Part shown: piece by piece, positions 1 through 8,113 of the stretch
Numbering within the stretch: position 1 is the first letter of the stretch
How the letters are laid out: every line of letters starts with the position of its first letter
Origin: Gordonia sp. (in: high G+C Gram-positive bacteria)
GTDB taxonomy: Bacteria; Actinomycetota; Actinomycetes; Mycobacteriales; Mycobacteriaceae
DNA: 64,000 nucleotides
Direction: 5' to 3'
NCBI GenBank assembly: GCA_047605365.1
Contig: JASGFV010000001.1
Location: 24,849-88,848, forward strand
Made by a program: the position numbers and the translations under genes
Notes under the pieces: model-generated
Database searches by the model: none
Seen by the model: the letters and a program-made list of their open reading frames with translations, nothing else
Told to the model about the DNA's origin: nothing

Positions 1-1
1 T

Positions 2-931
2 AGCGGAGCAACGGCGGTCACCTTGATTCCGGCGATGGCCGGCACTGCGAAGCAGGTGACCATGCTGCAGCGGTCGCCGACCTACCTGTTCCCGTATCCG
101 TGGAGCGATCCGATGACGCGGACCCTGCACCGGGTGCTGCCCGCGCAGGTCTCGCACGACATCACGCGCTACCGGAACGCGCTGATCACCATGGGGCTGT
201 ACCTGTACTGCCGGCGGTTCCCGAAGGCGTCGCGCAAGCTGATCCGCGCTCTGGCCAAGCATGCGCTGCCCAACGGCTACGACGTCGACAAGCATTTCAA
301 GCCGGCGTACGAGCCGTGGGATCAGCGGCTGTGCGTGATCCCCGACAGCGACTTCTACAAAGTGGTGGCCGACGGTTCGGCCGAGGTGGTCACCGACACG
401 ATCGACCGCATCACGTCCGACGGCGTGGTGACCTCGTCCGGGCGGAAGCTGCCGGCCGACATCATCGTGACCGCGACGGGCCTGGAGCTGCTCTCGTTCG
501 GCGGGGCGCAACTGTCCGTCGACGGTGAGAAGTTCGACGGCGGCGACAAGTACGCGTACCGCGGGTACATGCTGAACGATGTGCCGAACTTCGCCTGGTC
601 GGTGGGCTACACGAATGCGTCGTGGACGCTGCGCGTCGACCTGACCAGCAAGGCGGTCGCCGAGCTGATCGAGTTCATGCGCGCCAACGGATTCACTCGG
701 GCGTATCCGACGCTGCACGGCAAGACGCCGTCGACCCATCCGCTGCTGGAGCTGGACTCGGGGTATGTGAAGCGGGCGGCGGGCAGTCTGCCGAAGGCGG
801 GTGACGCCGCGCCCTGGCAGGTGCGGCACAACCTGATCCTCGACGCGATCGACGCGCGACGGTACGACGTCTCCGAGGACATGGTGTTTCACGCGCCCGC
901 GCTGCGGGTCGTCGACGATCAGGCGGGCTGA
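2..931 (+). CDS. Flavin-containing (Baeyer-Villiger, EthA-like) monooxygenase, 5'-truncated by window edge
   Basis: Frame opens at base 2 with SGATAVTLIP (NADPH-binding motif), followed by MLQRSPTY, F.P.Y.PWDQRLC, DIIVTATG and GYTNASWTLR, all typical of EthA-type FMOs. Confidence 0.9.
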   Translation, partial: SGATAVTLIPAMAGTAKQVTMLQRSPTYLFPYPWSDPMTRTLHRVLPAQVSHDITRYRNALITMGLYLYCRRFPKASRKLIRALAKHALPNGYDVDKHFKPAYEPWDQRLCVIPDSDFYKVVADGSAEVVTDTIDRITSDGVVTSSGRKLPADIIVTATGLELLSFGGAQLSVDGEKFDGGDKYAYRGYMLNDVPNFAWSVGYTNASWTLRVDLTSKAVAELIEFMRANGFTRAYPTLHGKTPSTHPLLELDSGYVKRAAGSLPKAGDAAPWQVRHNLILDAIDARRYDVSEDMVFHAPALRVVDDQAG

Positions 932-941
932 GAGGAATCAC

Positions 942-1478
942 ATGACGGACGACGCCGAGCGAGACCGGGCGGTCGACGACTTCTGGGCGCGAGTGCGGTC
1001 CCAGCAGGTCAGCGCACCCGAGGAATTGGACGCGATCTGGGCGGCGCTGCCGACGGTCGGCGTCGACGAGATCCTCGGAGGCTGGCACGGCGGTGAACTG
1101 CCGTCCGGGCACCGGATGGACGGGCAGCTTCAGTTGGTCGGGTGGCACGGCAAGCGATTCCGCAGCCGATACGACGTCGCGCCGATGGTCTGCCGCGACG
1201 CGGAGGGCGAGCTGTACTCCAACACCGAGATCGGCAAGGGCGAGGCCAGCCTGTGGATGGTCGAGTTCCGCGGGGAGGTGACCGCGTCGATGGTGTACGA
1301 CGGCCAGCCGGTGATCGACCATTTCAAGCGGGTCGACGACGACACGCTGATGGGCGTGATGAACGGCAAGACGTCGCTGGTCCGGGACCGGCACTTCTAC
1401 TTCTATCTGCAGCGTGAGAATCTGCAGGGCGAGCCGGGCCCGGAGGACGGGCCGGCAATTGACAGGAGCAGCCACTGA
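942..1478 (+). CDS. GXWXG / DUF4334 domain protein
   Basis: ILGGWHGGE, GWHGKRF, MVEFRGEVTASMVYDGQPVIDHFKRVD motifs; RBS gagga. Confidence 0.8.
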   Translation: MTDDAERDRAVDDFWARVRSQQVSAPEELDAIWAALPTVGVDEILGGWHGGELPSGHRMDGQLQLVGWHGKRFRSRYDVAPMVCRDAEGELYSNTEIGKGEASLWMVEFRGEVTASMVYDGQPVIDHFKRVDDDTLMGVMNGKTSLVRDRHFYFYLQRENLQGEPGPEDGPAIDRSSH

Positions 1479-2767
1479 TGGTGTCCGTGAACTTCGGCCG
1501 ATCCCGGCAGAACCAGATCTACACCGCCGGGATCCACGGCCGGAAGCCGACGGTGCCGACCGACTTCGCCGAGCTGGAACGTCGTGCGCGAGCGGCGATG
1601 TCGCGCCGCGGCTGGGCGTACATCGCCGGAGGTGCGGGAGAGGGCCGCACGATGGCCGCGAACCGGGCGGCGCTGGACAAGTGGGCGATCGTCCCGCGGG
1701 TGCTGCGCGACACCAGCGGACGCAGCACCGAGACCGAGCTGTTCGGGCAGAAGCTTCCCGCTCCGGTGCTGTTCGCGCCGGTGGGAGCCGGGGCGCTGGC
1801 CTACCCGGAGGCCGACATTCACATCGGCGAGGCGGCCGCCGAACTCGGGCTGCCGTACATCTTCTCCAATCAGGGCTGCGCGCCGATGGAAGACGTCGCC
1901 GCCGCGATGGAGGCGGTGACGCCGGGTGCGCCGCGCTGGTTCCAGTTGTACTGGTCCACCGACGACCGGCTGGTCACCAGCCTGATCGACCGCGCCGAGA
2001 AGATGGGCGCCGCGGCGCTCGTGGTGACCCTGGACACGACCATGCTGGGCTGGCGCCCGCAGGATCTGAATCTGGGCTCGTTGCCGTTCGCCCGCGGCGA
2101 GGGGATCGATCAGTACACCTCGGATCCGTCGTTCTGGGAGATCGTCCGAGAGCGACTCGCAGCCGTCACTGAGACCGAGAAGCCGGAGGTGACGCTCGGC
2201 GCGATCAAGACGCTCTTCTCGATCGCCCGGAACGTGCCGGGCGACCTGCGCAAGAACCTGACATCGCCGGAGCCGCGGGCCGCGGTGCAGACGTTCCTCG
2301 ACATCTACTCGCGGCCGTCATTGAGCTGGGACGACATCGCGACACTGCGCGAACGAACGTCGCTGCCGGTGGTGCTCAAGGGCGTGCTGCATCCGGACGA
2401 CGCGCTGCAGGCGGTGGAGCTGGGGATCGACGGCATCGTCGTCTCCAATCACGGCGGCCGGCAGGTGGACGGTTCCATCTCGTCGACGGATGCGCTGGTC
2501 GACGTCGTCGACGCGGTGCGCGGCCGGATCACGATCCTCGCCGACTCCGGCTTCTACACGGGCGCAGACGTCTTCAAGGCGCTGGCGCTGGGCGCCGACG
2601 CGGTCTGCATCGGACGGCCGCACATGTACGGCCTGGCGCTCGACGGGACGGCCGGTGCACGCGACGCCGTGTCGAACATCCTCGCCGAGCTCGACCTGAC
2701 GATGGGCCTGTCGGGCGTCACCGGCCTGGATTCGCTGGATCGGTCGGCGCTCAAGTTGCTTCGGTGA
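1478..2767 (+). CDS. Lactate 2-monooxygenase / FMN-dependent alpha-hydroxy acid oxidase
   Basis: AYIAGGAG, WFQLYW, VVTLDT, LKGVLHPDDA, VSNHGGRQVD, DSG motifs; coupled to upstream gene (TGATG). Confidence 0.9.
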   Translation: MVSVNFGRSRQNQIYTAGIHGRKPTVPTDFAELERRARAAMSRRGWAYIAGGAGEGRTMAANRAALDKWAIVPRVLRDTSGRSTETELFGQKLPAPVLFAPVGAGALAYPEADIHIGEAAAELGLPYIFSNQGCAPMEDVAAAMEAVTPGAPRWFQLYWSTDDRLVTSLIDRAEKMGAAALVVTLDTTMLGWRPQDLNLGSLPFARGEGIDQYTSDPSFWEIVRERLAAVTETEKPEVTLGAIKTLFSIARNVPGDLRKNLTSPEPRAAVQTFLDIYSRPSLSWDDIATLRERTSLPVVLKGVLHPDDALQAVELGIDGIVVSNHGGRQVDGSISSTDALVDVVDAVRGRITILADSGFYTGADVFKALALGADAVCIGRPHMYGLALDGTAGARDAVSNILAELDLTMGLSGVTGLDSLDRSALKLLR

Positions 2768-3561
2768 GGCGGGCCTCCGCGGCGACGCCGACGAAAGTGA
2801 GCACTCGGGGCCGAGTGCGAGTGTTCACCCCGGCAATGGTCCTGGTGTCGGGAACGCTGCTGGCCGCGGGTACGGTCTGCGTTCTCATCGGACTCGGCTC
2901 GCTGGTGCGGGCAGCGGCGGCGGGCACGAGCAACTGGGGCGGCTTCGCGATCGCGCTCGGCATCCTGGCGTTCGGCGCGCTGCTGGGCTACCTGCTGATC
3001 TCGGGTGTGCGTGCCGATCGCCGGCTGGGTCCGTGCCCGTCGCCCTCGCCGGGCGAGCAGGTCGTCGTCGCGGTGCATCCGGTCGCTCGCGGGACCGCGG
3101 CATTCGGCGGACTAATGGCGGCGTCCATGTCGTTCCTGGTGGTAGGCGCCGCGATCCGCGGCAAGATGTTCGTCGACCCGGATCTCACCGGTGAGCACTG
3201 GACCACCATCGCGACGGCGTGGCTGGTCTTCGGCGGCTTTCTGGTACTCGCGGCGATGTTCGCGGGGTTCTCCGCATGGCTGGTCACCAATCGCCGCAGC
3301 CCGTTCCTGTGGGTGTCGGAGCGCGGCCTCGGGTATCTGCCCGACGCGGCCGGAGACGACGGGTACCTGCCGTGGAACCAGGTGGCGTCGATCCAGAACA
3401 TCGACGTGTACTCCCGCGGCGTCGTGTCCCTGCACAAGTGGGTGATCGTGTCGGTCACGGGACAGGTCACGCTGGTCCAGCTGTGGCCGGGCGTCGTCCC
3501 CGACTCCGCGAAGGTCTTCGAGGCGGTCGGGCGGGTCGCGCCGAACGTGCGTTGCGGCTGA
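2764..3561 (+). CDS. Hypothetical membrane protein (about 4 TM segments plus soluble C-terminal domain)
   Basis: GTGA overlap with upstream stop; hydrophobic segments. Confidence 0.6.
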   Translation: MRRASAATPTKVSTRGRVRVFTPAMVLVSGTLLAAGTVCVLIGLGSLVRAAAAGTSNWGGFAIALGILAFGALLGYLLISGVRADRRLGPCPSPSPGEQVVVAVHPVARGTAAFGGLMAASMSFLVVGAAIRGKMFVDPDLTGEHWTTIATAWLVFGGFLVLAAMFAGFSAWLVTNRRSPFLWVSERGLGYLPDAAGDDGYLPWNQVASIQNIDVYSRGVVSLHKWVIVSVTGQVTLVQLWPGVVPDSAKVFEAVGRVAPNVRCG

Positions 3562-3574
3562 GCTTCTCGCCGAC

Positions 3575-3611
3575 TGTCGAAACGAAGGGCTCCAGGCCCT
3601 CGGATTCGACA
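3575..3611 (+). terminator. Stem-loop after the monooxygenase operon
   Basis: TGTCGAA...AGGGC-tccag-GCCCT...TTCGACA nested inverted repeat. Confidence 0.45.
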
Positions 3612-3686
3612 TTCCCGCCGATCGGGTCAGACTCACGCCGCGCGCAACCGTTTCGGTAAGCCGTCCGCGACCGCACGATGGTCGCC

Positions 3687-5114
3687 ATGACAAGACAGAT
3701 CCACCTGAACGCGTTCGACATGAACTGCGTCGCGCACCAGTCCCCGGGGCTGTGGCGCCATCCCGACGACAAGTCGTGGGACTACAACACGCTCGACTAC
3801 TGGGTGCATCTGGCGCAGGTGCTGGAGCGCGGGCGTTTCGACGGACTGTTCATCGCCGACGTGCTCGGCACCTACGACGTCTTCGCCGGCAACGACGAGG
3901 CCGCCATCCGGCAGGGCGCGCAGATCCCGGTGAACGACCCGTTGCTGCTGGTCTCGGCGATGGCGCACGTCACCGAGCACCTCGGCTTCGGCATCACCAC
4001 GGGTACCGGATTCGAGCATCCGTATCCGTTCGCGCGGCGGCTCTCCACACTCGACCATCTGACCCGCGGGCGGATCGGCTGGAACGTGGTGACCGGCTAC
4101 CTGCCGGCGGCGGCGCGCAATATGGGCGACGACGGGCTGCTCGACCACGACCAGCGCTACGACCACGCCGACGAGTACCTGACCGTCCTCTACAAGCTGT
4201 GGGAGGGCTCGTGGGAGGACGACGCCGTGCAGCGCGATCGTGTCGCCGGGGTCTTCGCGGATCCGGCCAAGGTCCATCACATCGGCCACGAAGGCACGCA
4301 CTTCCGGGTGCCGGGCATCCACCTGTCCGAGCCGTCGCCGCAGCGCACGCCGGTCATCTACCAGGCCGGGGCCTCAACGCGCGGACGACGTTTCGCCGCG
4401 CAGAACGCCGAGGCGATCTTCGTCGCGGCGCCCACCAAGACGATCCTGAAGGGGCTGGTCGCCAAGATCCGCGAGGAACTCGTGACCGCCGGGCGCGACC
4501 CGTACGACGCCAAGATCTACACGCTGGTCACGGTCATCACCGACAGCACGCCGGAGGCCGCGCGGGAGAAGGCCGTCGACTACCGGCGGTACGCCTCGGA
4601 CGAGGGGTCGCTGGTGTTCATGAGCGGCTGGATGGGCATCGACCTGGACCGCTACGACCTGGCCGACCCGATCGGCGACGTCGAGTCCAACGCCATCCAG
4701 TCCGCAGTGAGCGCCTTCTCGCAGGCCGATGAGAGCGGAAAGCCTTGGAGCGTCGGCGATCTCGCTGATTGGGGCGGGATCGGCGGCATGGGCCCGCTGT
4801 TCGTCGGATCGGGCGACGAGATCGCGGCGACCTTCGCCGAGTGGGTCGACGAGACCGACGTCGACGGCTTCAACATCGCCTACGCGGTGACGCCGGGGTC
4901 GTTCGAGGACGTCGTCGACCATGTGGTGCCGAGCCTCGTCGCACGCGGTGCATATCCGTCGGAGTACCGGCCGGGGACGTTGCGCCACAAGCTGTTCGGG
5001 AACGGCGATCGGCTCGCCGACACCCATCGGGGCGCCCGGGTGCGGGTCGGCGGTCCGGACTCGACGATCGACGATTCGATCCGCGAGTCGAACCTGGCGG
5101 GAGCCCGGCGATGA
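3687..5114 (+). CDS. LLM-class FMNH2-dependent monooxygenase, NtaA/DmoA/DszA family
   Basis: HLNAFDMNC, LERGRFDGLFIADVLG, ARRLSTLDHLTRGRIGWNVVT, PSPQRTPVIYQAGAS motifs. Confidence 0.9.
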   Translation: MTRQIHLNAFDMNCVAHQSPGLWRHPDDKSWDYNTLDYWVHLAQVLERGRFDGLFIADVLGTYDVFAGNDEAAIRQGAQIPVNDPLLLVSAMAHVTEHLGFGITTGTGFEHPYPFARRLSTLDHLTRGRIGWNVVTGYLPAAARNMGDDGLLDHDQRYDHADEYLTVLYKLWEGSWEDDAVQRDRVAGVFADPAKVHHIGHEGTHFRVPGIHLSEPSPQRTPVIYQAGASTRGRRFAAQNAEAIFVAAPTKTILKGLVAKIREELVTAGRDPYDAKIYTLVTVITDSTPEAAREKAVDYRRYASDEGSLVFMSGWMGIDLDRYDLADPIGDVESNAIQSAVSAFSQADESGKPWSVGDLADWGGIGGMGPLFVGSGDEIAATFAEWVDETDVDGFNIAYAVTPGSFEDVVDHVVPSLVARGAYPSEYRPGTLRHKLFGNGDRLADTHRGARVRVGGPDSTIDDSIRESNLAGARR

Positions 5115-6178
5115 TCGAGGTCAAGAACCTGCGCAAGGTCTTCGGGACGGGCGACGCCGCGACCACCGTCCTCGACGACATCACCTTCGATGTGGCCGGC
5201 GGCGAGATCTTCGCCGTCGTCGGGCCGTCCGGCGCCGGCAAGAGCACACTGTCGCGGTGCCTGAACCTGCTGGAGGAGCCGACGTCCGGCGACGTCGTGG
5301 TCAACGGCGAGAACCTGGCCCATCTGGGGTCGGCGGGGCTCCGCGTCGCACGTCGTCGTATCGGCACGGTGTTCCAGTCGTCGAACCTGCTGACTCGGCG
5401 GACGGCGGCGCAGAACGTTGCGCTGCCGCTGGAATACCTCGGCGCGACAAAGGAATCCAGTAGAAGACGGGTGTCCGAGCTGCTGGACCGAGTCGGCCTG
5501 GCCGACCGTGCCGACCACTATCCGCATCAGCTGTCGGGCGGCCAGCGGCAGCGGGTCGGCATCGCTCGGGCGCTGGCCTTGCGGCCGTCGGTGCTGCTGT
5601 CCGACGAGGCCACGTCCGGGCTCGACCCGGCGGCCACCGCGTCGTACCTGCGGTTGCTGACCGATCTGCGCACCGAGCTGGGGCTCGCGGTGGTCCTGAT
5701 CACACACGAGATGGACGCGGTGACCCAGGTGGCGGACCGCGTCGGACGTCTCGACGCGGGGCGGTTGGTGGAGCAGGGCACGGTGCTGCAGCTTGCGCTC
5801 GACCCGTCGTCGACGCTGGGCGCCGCGCTGCGGCGAGACGGCGAGACGGCAAGGGCCGGCGAGACCGCTGACGCCGTCGTATCGGCCGACGCCGAACGCA
5901 CGACGGTGACTGTCGTCTACAGCTCGCAGCGGGTGCCCGACGACTGGCTGGCGCGCCTCTCGGTGCGGCTGGGGCGGCCGCTCGGACTGCTCGGCGCGGA
6001 CATCAGAACGGTCGACGGCGCGGCGTTCGGGCATGCGACGGTGTCGGTGCCGCTCGACGTCGTGCGTGAGTTCGGCCGGGCCGCAGCAGAATTGGGGCTC
6101 ACGCCGGCGGAGTCGGCCGCGCCTGATCCGACTTCGGCCGACCGGTCTGTCGCCGTCCGGGAGGTGGTCCCGGCATGA
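5111..6178 (+). CDS. metN: Methionine-type ABC transporter ATP-binding protein
   Basis: MIEVKNLRKVF, Walker A GPSGAGKST, LSGGQRQR, LLSDEATSGLDP; ATGA coupling at 5111. Confidence 0.85.
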   Translation: MIEVKNLRKVFGTGDAATTVLDDITFDVAGGEIFAVVGPSGAGKSTLSRCLNLLEEPTSGDVVVNGENLAHLGSAGLRVARRRIGTVFQSSNLLTRRTAAQNVALPLEYLGATKESSRRRVSELLDRVGLADRADHYPHQLSGGQRQRVGIARALALRPSVLLSDEATSGLDPAATASYLRLLTDLRTELGLAVVLITHEMDAVTQVADRVGRLDAGRLVEQGTVLQLALDPSSTLGAALRRDGETARAGETADAVVSADAERTTVTVVYSSQRVPDDWLARLSVRLGRPLGLLGADIRTVDGAAFGHATVSVPLDVVREFGRAAAELGLTPAESAAPDPTSADRSVAVREVVPA

Positions 6179-6933
6179 GCAGCTCGGTCTTCAGCGCCGC
6201 AGATTCCGGTACGTCCGTGCTGGCCGTGTCGATTCCCGTCGACCAGATCCCCGACCTGCTGATCCCGGCCTTCGTGGACACCGTGATCATGGTCGGGATC
6301 GTGATGGCGATCGTCCTGGTCGTCGGCGTTCCGCTCGGCGCGCTGATCCACAATCTCGCGCCGGGCGGGCTGTTTCCGAACCGCAAGCTGCACGTGCCGC
6401 TGTCGTGGGTGATCAGCATCGGGCGGTCGGTGCCGTTCCTGGTGCTGATGACCGCGATCATCCCGTTCACCAGGCTGCTGACCGGCACCAACATCGGGAT
6501 TCCGGCCGCGGTGGTGCCGATGTCGATCGCCGGCATCGCGTTCTTCACGCGCATCGTCGAGAACTCGCTCCGGTCGGTGCCGACGGAGGTGATCGACGTC
6601 GCACGTGCTGCGGGCGGCTCGCCGCTGCAGATCATCGCGTCGGCGCAGATCCCGGAGGCGCTGCCGAGCATCGTCGGCGGCCTGACCATCAACACCATCG
6701 CGATGATCGAGTACTCGACCATCGCCGGAACCATCGGGGCCGGCGGCCTCGGCTACATCGCCGTCACCTACGGCTATCAGCGGTTCGACCACGGCGTCAT
6801 GATCGCCACGATCGTCGCGCTGGTGGTCACCGTCGCCCTCATCCAGGTGGCGGGCGACGCGCTCGTCCGCCGTCTCACCCCCGCGCTCGCGCGCACCTCC
6901 ACCCCCATTCGCCAGAAGGAACTCGTCTCATGA
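6175..6933 (+). CDS. metI: Methionine-type ABC transporter permease
   Basis: RSVPFLVLM..IIPFTRLL.GT.IG, PEALPSIV, AGTIGAGGLG..A..YGYQRF. Confidence 0.88.
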   Translation: MSSSVFSAADSGTSVLAVSIPVDQIPDLLIPAFVDTVIMVGIVMAIVLVVGVPLGALIHNLAPGGLFPNRKLHVPLSWVISIGRSVPFLVLMTAIIPFTRLLTGTNIGIPAAVVPMSIAGIAFFTRIVENSLRSVPTEVIDVARAAGGSPLQIIASAQIPEALPSIVGGLTINTIAMIEYSTIAGTIGAGGLGYIAVTYGYQRFDHGVMIATIVALVVTVALIQVAGDALVRRLTPALARTSTPIRQKELVS

Positions 6934-7844
6934 CCGCCGTCGACACCGTCAAGCCCGCCGAACCCTCACCGGACGGCCTCGAACTCCGCACCCGGCGACG
7001 ATGGCCGATCGTCGTCGCGATCCTCGTCGTCGTCGCGGTGATCGTCGCCGTGGTCGTGTGGCGGGTGGCGGGCAGCGACTCCGAGTCGCCCAACTCCGTC
7101 GCCGGCGCGACGCTGGTGGTGGTGACCGCAGAAGGGAACGCCACCGAGCAGGCGCTCGTCGAGTTCATCAGCAAGGAGGTCGCGCCGAAGCACGGCATCA
7201 AGGTGGCCTTCAAGGGCCTGTCGGACTCCACCACCCTGAATCGCGCCGTGAGTGACGGTGAGGTCGCCGGCACCATTTACCAGCACAAACTGTGGTTGAA
7301 GCAGGTGCTGGAGGCCAACCCGGACTTCCGCGAGATCGCGGCCACCCCGGTGTTCCGATGGGGATTCGGCATCTGGTCGGACAAGTACGCGTCTCCGCAG
7401 GACCTGCCGCAGAACGCGAAGATCTCGCTGTACTCCGACCCGGCCAATGAGGCGCAGGGGCTGTGGCTGCTGGAGCGGGCCGGGCTGATCACGCTGAAGC
7501 CGGGTGTCGACAAGTGGACGGCGACGACCGACGACATCGCCTCCAATCCGCGCAATCTGCAGTTCACGCTGCTCGACTTCGCGGCACAGTCGCGTGCGCT
7601 GCCCGATCTCGACGCCGCGGTCGGCTACACCGAGTACTACCTGGCGGCGGGCATCCCGATCGCCAAGCAGATCTTCGCGCCCCCGGCTCCGGACGAGTTC
7701 GCCGGGCAGCTGACCATCGGCGAGAAGTGGAAGAACGAACCGAACATCAAGAAGCTGGTCGCCACGTTCGCCGATCCCGCGGTGCAGGAATACCTCCGCA
7801 CCAACAAGGACGTGAAGAACATCCTGTTGCCGCTCGACAGCTGA
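6930..7844 (+). CDS. metQ: MetQ/NlpA-family substrate-binding protein with N-terminal TM anchor
   Basis: LNRAVSDGEV...YQH..WL, DP.NEAQGLWLLERAGLITLK, NPRNLQF; ATGA coupling at 6930. Confidence 0.8.
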   Translation: MTAVDTVKPAEPSPDGLELRTRRRWPIVVAILVVVAVIVAVVVWRVAGSDSESPNSVAGATLVVVTAEGNATEQALVEFISKEVAPKHGIKVAFKGLSDSTTLNRAVSDGEVAGTIYQHKLWLKQVLEANPDFREIAATPVFRWGFGIWSDKYASPQDLPQNAKISLYSDPANEAQGLWLLERAGLITLKPGVDKWTATTDDIASNPRNLQFTLLDFAAQSRALPDLDAAVGYTEYYLAAGIPIAKQIFAPPAPDEFAGQLTIGEKWKNEPNIKKLVATFADPAVQEYLRTNKDVKNILLPLDS

Positions 7845-7849
7845 CGGTC

Positions 7850-7879
7850 GTTCTGGTTCTGGTTCTGGTTCTGGTTCTG
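7850..7879. repeat. Hexanucleotide simple repeat (GTTCTG)x5
   Basis: Five perfect copies read directly after the metQ stop. Confidence 0.9.
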
Positions 7880-7976
7880 CGGTTCCGGCCTCGGCTGCTG
7901 AGTCCCTCTCAGCGGCCGGGGCTGGAGTTCTTCGATCATTGTCTGTGCAGGTCAGATGGATCGGAAAGCTCTTATA

Positions 7977-7992
7977 TCAAACACTTGTACGA
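7977..7992 (+). promoter_or_regulatory. Putative LexA (SOS) box
   Basis: TCAAAC-ACTT-GTACGA versus actinobacterial consensus TCGAAC-N4-GTTCGA (2 mismatches); weaker copy at 8005-8020 overlaps a TACACT -10 candidate. Confidence 0.55.
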
Positions 7993-8113
7993 TTCCGAAT
8001 GTGGTCGTACACTTGTAGGTATAGAACATCAGGGCGAATGCTGAGTGGTCGCGAATCTCGCGACTCGACCAGTGGCCTCGACGATGTGCTGATGCGGGCG
8101 AGGGGGTGTCGCC

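Noticed and set aside
3562-3686. SAM or other riboswitch upstream of the monooxygenase-metNIQ operon
   Set aside because: No SAM-I/SAM-IV core recognisable; region is short and explained by a hairpin plus a probable leaderless promoter (CACGAT-N7-ATG)
7940-7962. PafBC motif upstream of DUF222 (TGTCTG-N10)
   Set aside because: Not followed by TANNNT at the required spacing
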